DNA of 64,000 nt from Cyanobacteriota bacterium (GTDB taxonomy: Bacteria > Cyanobacteriota > Cyanobacteriia > Thermostichales > Thermostichaceae), in the NCBI GenBank assembly GCA_033764955.1, contig JANRIL010000010.1, forward strand, positions 1 to 64,000. Direction: 5' to 3'. Position 1 is the first letter of the stretch. Every line of letters starts with the position of its first letter. This document shows positions 58,388 to 64,000 of this stretch, one piece after another. Under the pieces are notes generated by a model. It worked only from the letters and a program-made list of their open reading frames with translations. It was not told the origin of the DNA and searched no databases. The translations under genes were made by a program, and so were the position numbers.

Positions 58388-59005
58388 CTAGGGAGGGGGA
58401 GAAGCGGTGCCTAGCACCTGACCCAAAAGGTTTTCAGCTTTTTCTGGGGATTCTTCCGCAATTGTGGTGGGGGGAGTGACTAGCCGCACTTGAATGTGGG
58501 TGGGAGGAACCAGATTAAATTTTTCTTTGGTGAGCGCCTCCTGTTGCAGGGGATCCATGCTGCGATCCAGGGTTTCTTGCAAGCGGGAAACCCGCGAGTT
58601 CATGACGCTCACCTGCTCCTCCAGCAACTGCAGGCGATTGTGTTGAGCCAGTTGCACCGGCAGGAGGCGGGACAACCCATGCACGGCTCCCACCATCAAA
58701 ACGATATTCACCCCAATCATGGTGACGGTTTCTAGGCAAAGGGTTTGGCAACGGCGGCGGCGAATGCTAGGACGACCGTAAGGAGGAGGGATGGAGGGAC
58801 GAGCCGCCGGCACCGCCGCGGGAATAACCGTTGCCTTTACCTCCACAACCGGATCTCCCATCCGAGCCACGAGGGGGCGAGCAAAGGGATCCCAATGGGG
58901 ATCCACTTCTGCCCGTTTCAGAGGGGGCAAAACAACCCTAGTCTGACGGTGAAGTCGAGAGGAGTAACGAGTTTGCGAGTTGGCTGGATCATCAATCTTA
59001 GGCAT
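58388..59005 (-). CDS. Putative cell-division protein (FtsB/DivIC-like, slr1601-type)
   Basis: Single TM helix followed by coiled coil; downstream of psaM. Confidence 0.6.
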   Translation of the reverse strand: MPKIDDPANSQTRYSSRLHRQTRVVLPPLKRAEVDPHWDPFARPLVARMGDPVVEVKATVIPAAVPAARPSIPPPYGRPSIRRRRCQTLCLETVTMIGVNIVLMVGAVHGLSRLLPVQLAQHNRLQLLEEQVSVMNSRVSRLQETLDRSMDPLQQEALTKEKFNLVPPTHIQVRLVTPPTTIAEESPEKAENLLGQVLGTASPPP

Positions 59006-59228
59006 TCTCCACCACACCCTCAATAACAAAGAACCCCACTCAGGCGGCGTCAATACTGACAGAGCGCAGATTACGGGGGGAAAAACGCCACCCATAATGC
59101 GGAAATCAGCAGCTACAGGCCCTATTGAAGCCGATTTTGCCTCGACTGTCAGGTTATGTCAGCAAAATTTTCTAGATTTTTGGGAACTCTCCTGCTGGCA
59201 AGGGGGAAACCGTCAGTTCAACACAGCC

Positions 59229-59255
59229 AAAAAAGGGATCCCGTTGAGGGATCCC
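59229..59255 (-). terminator. Rho-independent terminator of psaM made of two GGGATCCC palindromes
   Basis: Minus strand GGGATCCC TCAAC GGGATCCC TTTTTT. Confidence 0.75.
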
Positions 59256-59313
59256 AGAGGATGAGATTTGATGATGGGGGAAGACCGAAACCCTCTCCCA
59301 GGTGGATTTAGCG

Positions 59314-59412
59314 TTAGGAACGAGCCAGAGCGGATCCCAGCAAGAGAGCCAAAAACGCAGGAACCAAGGCCAGACCTAAAATCGTAAAAATCTGCACTTC
59401 TGACAAAGCCAT
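59314..59412 (-). CDS. psaM: Photosystem I reaction center subunit XII, not in the ORF track
   Basis: AGGAG SD; MALSEVQIFTILGLALVPAFLALLLGSALARS*. Confidence 0.88.
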   Translation of the reverse strand: MALSEVQIFTILGLALVPAFLALLLGSALARS

Positions 59413-59770
59413 AGCAAACTCCTAAAAAATGGTGCAATCGGCATCAAGGCAACCGTTTCCCTACACTTTACTGTGCTTGGTTCCCCAGCATAGCGGCCTG
59501 CCCTCAAACCTCAAGAGAACTTTACAAAACCTCGTTACCCGCTCAGGCGGGATCCGCTCAGGGGGGGTGGTCAAGGGGTGGACTATCCTGCAAAAGACCG
59601 CCAAGGATGCCCCGCCGCCATGACGCTCCGTTGCTAGGGGGTGCAAGGGCGGGATCCCTCCCAGCTAAGTCAACCTCGCCGGATCCCTATGGTAGTCGTG
59701 TTAGCATATCGAAGCATTATCTTATGCTAAGTATTTCCGTCATTTGTCACTCTATGTGAGGCTGTTGTTT

Positions 59771-61108
59771 GTGGTCAGCAAAACCTCTTCTCCCCTTACC
59801 CAACTGGATATTTTGGCGGAGACGGATCCCGCCATCTTTGACCTGATTGCTCAAGAACTGGGTCGTCAACGGGATCATTTAGAACTGATCGCCAGCGAAA
59901 ACTTTACGTCAGCCGCCGTTTTGGCCGCCCAGGGATCCGTCCTCACCAATAAATATGCAGAAGGACTCCCCGGCAAGCGCTACTACGGGGGCTGCGAATT
60001 TGTTGATCGTATTGAGCAGTTGGCGATTGATCGAGCGAAGCAACTGTTCGGAGCTGCCAGCGCCAACGTGCAACCCCATTCCGGTGCCCAAGCTAATTTT
60101 GCTGTCTTTCTGGCGCTGCTCCAGCCCGGTGACACCATCATGGGCATGGATCTTTCCCATGGGGGACACCTCACCCACGGATCCCCCGTGAACGTGTCGG
60201 GCAAGTGGTTTAACGTAGTGCATTATGGCGTTAACCCCCAAACAGAACGGCTCGACTTCGACCGGATTCGGGATTTGGCTCTTCAGCACCGCCCCCAGAT
60301 GATCATCTGCGGCTATTCTGCCTATCCCCGCCTCATCGACTTTGCGGCCTTCCGCCAGATTGCCGACGAGGTGGGAGCCTATCTGCTGGCGGATATTGCT
60401 CATATCGCTGGATTGGTTGCCAGCGGACACCACCCCAATCCCTTGCCGATTTGCGATGTCGTCACCACCACCACCCACAAAACCCTACGGGGGCCACGGG
60501 GGGGCATGATTCTCTCGCGGGATCCTGAGATGGGCAAAAAGCTGGATAAAGCCGTTTTCCCCGGATGCCAAGGGGGACCCCTGGAGCATGTGATTGCTGG
60601 CAAAGCGGTTGCCCTGGCGGAGGCCCTCAAACCCAGTTTCTCCAGTTATTCGGCGCAGGTGATCGCCAACGCCCAAGCCCTTGCCCAACGCCTCGATCAA
60701 CGGGGCATTCGTTTGGTCTCAGGTGGCACCGATAATCACTTACTGCTGCTGGATCTACGCTCCGTTTCGGCTCAACTGGCGACGGCGGGGGCGCTCAATC
60801 CGGTGATGACCGGAAAGCGAGCCGATCAACTCATGGATCAGATTCACCTGACCACCAACAAAAACACGATTCCCTTTGACCCCGAATCTCCCTTTGTCAC
60901 CAGTGGTCTGCGCCTGGGATCCCCTGCCCTCACCACCCGTGGCATGAGCGAGTTGGAGTTTCGCCAGATTGGCGATATCATTGCTGATTGTTTGCTGCAT
61001 CCTGAAGATGAGCAAGTTTTGGCAGATTGTCGGCAACGCGCCCTAGATCTTTGTCGGCAGTTTCCTCTCTATCCCCACTTGTTGATGCAGCGACCCGCCC
61101 TGGTTTAG
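59771..61108 (+). CDS. glyA: Serine hydroxymethyltransferase
   Basis: [34 protein letters not shown]. Confidence 0.97.
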   Translation: MVSKTSSPLTQLDILAETDPAIFDLIAQELGRQRDHLELIASENFTSAAVLAAQGSVLTNKYAEGLPGKRYYGGCEFVDRIEQLAIDRAKQLFGAASANVQPHSGAQANFAVFLALLQPGDTIMGMDLSHGGHLTHGSPVNVSGKWFNVVHYGVNPQTERLDFDRIRDLALQHRPQMIICGYSAYPRLIDFAAFRQIADEVGAYLLADIAHIAGLVASGHHPNPLPICDVVTTTTHKTLRGPRGGMILSRDPEMGKKLDKAVFPGCQGGPLEHVIAGKAVALAEALKPSFSSYSAQVIANAQALAQRLDQRGIRLVSGGTDNHLLLLDLRSVSAQLATAGALNPVMTGKRADQLMDQIHLTTNKNTIPFDPESPFVTSGLRLGSPALTTRGMSELEFRQIGDIIADCLLHPEDEQVLADCRQRALDLCRQFPLYPHLLMQRPALV

Positions 61109-61117
61109 AGAATTCGC

Positions 61118-62212
61118 ATGACCTACCTGGTCGCTTTTCTGGCTGCTGCCTGCGTGGTTCTGTGGGCAACCCCGACGGTCAAGGCCGTTGGACTACGCAG
61201 TGGTCAGGTGGATCTGCCGGATGAGCGGAAAGTGCATAGCCAGCCGATGGTGCGGTTGGGAGGCGTGTCTATTTTCTCCGGCAACTTGGTGGCGCTCTTG
61301 CTGCTCTGGGGAACGGGGGCGTTTGGGGGATTGCAGACGGATCAAGAATACGAGATCTGGGGCGTCACGGTTGGCGGACTGCTGTTTTTTTTGATTGGGC
61401 TGGCGGATGATCTGTTTCATCTCTCGGCATGGCGGCGCTTGGTCATGCAGTTTGTCGTCGCCACAGCCGCTTGGGGGGTAGGGGTAAGAATTGAATTTAT
61501 CAGCTTGCCCCTCTGGGGGGTGCATGTCTTTCCTTGGTGGCTCAGCCTGCTTTTGACCCTACTGTGGTTGGTGGGGATGGCTAATGCCATCAATTGGATG
61601 GATGGCTTGGATGGCCTCGCGGCTGGGGTATCGGGGATTGCGGCGGTGGTGATGTTGATTGTCACCCTCCTGGTGGATCGTCCGGCAGCGGCGATGATTG
61701 CGGCGGCATTGGCGGGGGGATCCCTGGGGTTCTTGCGCTACAACTTTAATCCCGCCCAAATTTTTATGGGGGATGGCGGGGCTTACTTTTTGGGCTTTAC
61801 GCTGGCGGGGATCGGGGTGATTGGCGTAGCCAAAGTGGTAACGACGCTGGCGGTATTTTTGCCCTTCTGCATTTTGGCGGTGCCGATCCTCGACATGTCA
61901 ACGGTGATTGTGGAGCGGGTGCGGCAGGGGAAATCCCCCTTTCATCCCGACAAACGCCACCTCCACCATCGCTTACTCAAGGCGGGTTTATCTCAGCGCC
62001 ACTCCGTGCTGGTCATTTATGTGTTGACTCTGTGGGGAGGCTGCTTGGCGCTGGCCTTGGTGGGACTGCCGGCGGGAGGAACCTATCTGGCGGGAGCCTC
62101 GATATTGATGGCAGTGGTGGGATGGGGAGTTTGGCAGCGGCGCAAACAGTTTCAGCAGGAGCAACAACGCTTGCCGATGCCCCCCTCCTCTCCTCCCGCG
62201 GAGGGAAAGTGA
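61118..62212 (+). CDS. MraY/WecA family undecaprenyl-phosphate GlcNAc-1-phosphate transferase
   Basis: GLADD, NAINWMDGLDGLA, FMGDGG, HLHHRL. Confidence 0.92.
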   Translation: MTYLVAFLAAACVVLWATPTVKAVGLRSGQVDLPDERKVHSQPMVRLGGVSIFSGNLVALLLLWGTGAFGGLQTDQEYEIWGVTVGGLLFFLIGLADDLFHLSAWRRLVMQFVVATAAWGVGVRIEFISLPLWGVHVFPWWLSLLLTLLWLVGMANAINWMDGLDGLAAGVSGIAAVVMLIVTLLVDRPAAAMIAAALAGGSLGFLRYNFNPAQIFMGDGGAYFLGFTLAGIGVIGVAKVVTTLAVFLPFCILAVPILDMSTVIVERVRQGKSPFHPDKRHLHHRLLKAGLSQRHSVLVIYVLTLWGGCLALALVGLPAGGTYLAGASILMAVVGWGVWQRRKQFQQEQQRLPMPPSSPPAEGK

Positions 62213-62820
62213 TGCCCAAATTGCCCCCCAAAGACTACATCGCCTCGGTGGAGTTTCCCAACAGCATTAGTCTGCAACCGATTGGCATTGTGCATTCCCC
62301 CTATAAAGAGCGGCATGGCACGCCTCGGCAAGCCCGTCTGCGGGCAGCCCCCAGCGATTATCAGCCAGTAACCGCCTCTATCGAACTGTTTGCCCCCCAT
62401 GTGCCTGTGATCGCTGTCCAGGATTTGCAGGAATTTGAGCATATCTGGGTAATCTCCTGGCTGCACCTCAACCAACATTGGAACCCCACCGTGCGGATCC
62501 CACGCCAACCCAGCTTGAGGAGGGGAACCCTAGCCACCCGTGCCCCCCATCGCCCCAACCCGATTGGCTTGAGTGCCGTCAAACTGTTGAGGGTGAATGG
62601 CTTATGCCTAGAAGTGGCGGGCATAGACTTGCTGGATCAAACACCCGTCTTGGATATTAAGCCCTATATTCCCTACTGTGATGCCCTGCCAGACAGTCAT
62701 TGTGGCTATGTGCAGCAGTTAGAATTTGCCGATCAATACGAACCGGATATCCTGGGTCAGCCCGCCTCCCAACCGTTCCCTAAGCCACGGGATCCCTTAA
62801 CGGATGGGGCTGAGGATTGA
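62212..62820 (+). CDS. tsaA: tRNA t6A37 N6-methyltransferase TrmO
   Basis: PIGIVHSPY, ATRAPHRPNPIGLS, TPVLDIKPY. Confidence 0.9.
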   Translation: MPKLPPKDYIASVEFPNSISLQPIGIVHSPYKERHGTPRQARLRAAPSDYQPVTASIELFAPHVPVIAVQDLQEFEHIWVISWLHLNQHWNPTVRIPRQPSLRRGTLATRAPHRPNPIGLSAVKLLRVNGLCLEVAGIDLLDQTPVLDIKPYIPYCDALPDSHCGYVQQLEFADQYEPDILGQPASQPFPKPRDPLTDGAED

Positions 62821-62879
62821 GGGAGAAGGATTATGTTGTATCATCCTAAAACACTTTTGATGAGCGAAGGATCCGGCTG

Positions 62880-63299
62880 ATGTTTGAGGAGTTTAAGAAG
62901 TTTATCCTGCGCGGCAATGTTGTCGATCTGGCGATCGCTGTGATCATGGGCGCAGCTTTTGGCGGGATTGTCAATTCCCTTGTCAATGACGTGATCATGC
63001 CCCCCATCGGACTGATTACCGGACGGGTAAACTTTAGCGATCTCTATATCAATCTCTCAGGAGCAAGCTATGAATCTCTAGATGCGGCGGTAAAAGCTGG
63101 CGCACCCGTTATTAAATATGGGGTGTTTTTGAATGCGGTGATTAACTTTTTGATCGTTTCTTTTGCCGTATTCATGTTGGTGCGCTTAGTCAACCAACTG
63201 CAAAAACCCAAAGCGGCTGACCCCCCCGCCCTCCCCACCCCCTCCCGCCAAGAGGAATTGCTGACCGAAATTCGGGATCTGTTGCGGGAGCGTCGCTGA
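62880..63299 (+). CDS. mscL: Large-conductance mechanosensitive channel
   Basis: FKKFILRGNVVDLAIAV, LLTEIRDLL. Confidence 0.97.
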   Translation: MFEEFKKFILRGNVVDLAIAVIMGAAFGGIVNSLVNDVIMPPIGLITGRVNFSDLYINLSGASYESLDAAVKAGAPVIKYGVFLNAVINFLIVSFAVFMLVRLVNQLQKPKAADPPALPTPSRQEELLTEIRDLLRERR

Positions 63300-63393
63300 A
63301 GTAACTCAGGCGCTGATTTTCAGATCCTTCTCAGCACCCGTTCAGCCCAATCTGGCTATGATTGGAGCCTATCGACTTGCGGAGGGATCCCTG

Positions 63394-64000
63394 ATGCTGC
63401 TTTTGGATCGGCTGCATATTGAAGTCACCAACGTCTGTAACTTTAAGTGTGAGTTCTGCCCGGATGCCATTATGAAGCGGCGGCGGGGTCACATGGATCC
63501 AGACTTGTTGGCAAATCTTCTCGATCAAGTGGCCGCCGATCACTTAGCTCGCATCGTTACCTTCCACCTGATGGGAGAACCCCTCCTTTATCCCCACATT
63601 TTTCGAGGGATGGCGATGGCGGTAGCACGAGGGATCCCGTTGCACTTGACTACCAACGGCAGCACCTTTGCCCTCAAGCCCAATCAGATTGAGCAATTAG
63701 TGGCGGTCGGCATCCCCAAAGTCACCATTTCTCTACAAACCCCCGACGCTGAAACCTTCCAGATTCGAGGTGCTCCCCCCCACCTCACCCCAGAAGCCTA
63801 TTTCGCTGGCATCCGTCGCTATGTGCAGGCACATCTTGACCGCGACACCCCCACTCAGGTTCACCTCAAGTTTCTAGATACCACCCCCCACCCGTTTCTC
63901 GTTCCCCACAAGCGGCTGTCGGTGATCGACGAGGGATCCACGATGCAGGCTCAGCTTTGGCAATGGGCGAGTGCTATTTTTCAAGACAGACCGGGATCCC
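63394..64000 (+). CDS. Radical SAM protein, runs off the window end; alternative start 63358
   Basis: Own translation: HIEVTNVCNFKCEFCP (CxxxCxxC), MGEPLL, TTNG. Confidence 0.9.
   Translation, partial: MLLLDRLHIEVTNVCNFKCEFCPDAIMKRRRGHMDPDLLANLLDQVAADHLARIVTFHLMGEPLLYPHIFRGMAMAVARGIPLHLTTNGSTFALKPNQIEQLVAVGIPKVTISLQTPDAETFQIRGAPPHLTPEAYFAGIRRYVQAHLDRDTPTQVHLKFLDTTPHPFLVPHKRLSVIDEGSTMQAQLWQWASAIFQDRPGS

Larger units (their letters stand above)
645..64000. repeat. Highly iterated palindrome GGGATCCC (HIP1 variant) dispersed through the window
   Basis: Dozens of copies, not counted exactly, e.g. 645, 2388, 3419, 38575, 59235, 59248, 63993. Confidence 0.9.

Noticed and set aside
59500..59545. 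HLR1 (RpaB) site upstream of psaM
   Set aside because: TTAC half-sites are 13 bp apart rather than the 10-bp period expected
62032..62211. N-terminal extension of tsaA
   Set aside because: Overlaps the wecA-like gene; the ATG at 62212 coupled to its stop is the better start

Overview
A 64-kb gene-dense cyanobacterial chromosome segment. It is saturated with the palindrome GGGATCCC rather than canonical HIP1 (GCGATCGC), as known for the Thermostichus (Synechococcus OS-A/OS-B') lineage; that lineage assignment is inference. Most of the window is housekeeping: icd, pstB, hisH, murG, ccsA, hisD, hisS, coaD, sbcC, gcvT, accB, glyA, tsaA, mscL, and a psaM missed by the ORF track. Accessory elements: (i) an organosulfur-scavenging island (4.6-12.7 kb) with a DszC/SfnB-like monooxygenase, ssuABC, a Crp regulator, a second binding protein and an AprAB-like flavoprotein/ferredoxin pair, whose two promoters share a 33-bp operator-like motif; (ii) a two-domain cyanophycinase-like lipoprotein divergent from a two-component system; (iii) a ~210-bp non-autonomous IS200/IS605 element; (iv) a cyanuric-acid-hydrolase/barbiturase-family enzyme with a remodelled active site, coupled to a GlcG protein; (v) a LecA-like lectin; (vi) two probable integron gene cassettes bounded by three attC-like sites with no integrase nearby; (vii) a GCS2 ligase/M14 peptidase/cupin operon; (viii) an N-terminal-only CobN; (ix) a MITE-truncated DUF29 duplicate; (x) an orphan GvpV-like/CDC48 pair. 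No rRNA, tRNA or CRISPR array was recognised. All family assignments come from motif recognition by eye, not database searches.
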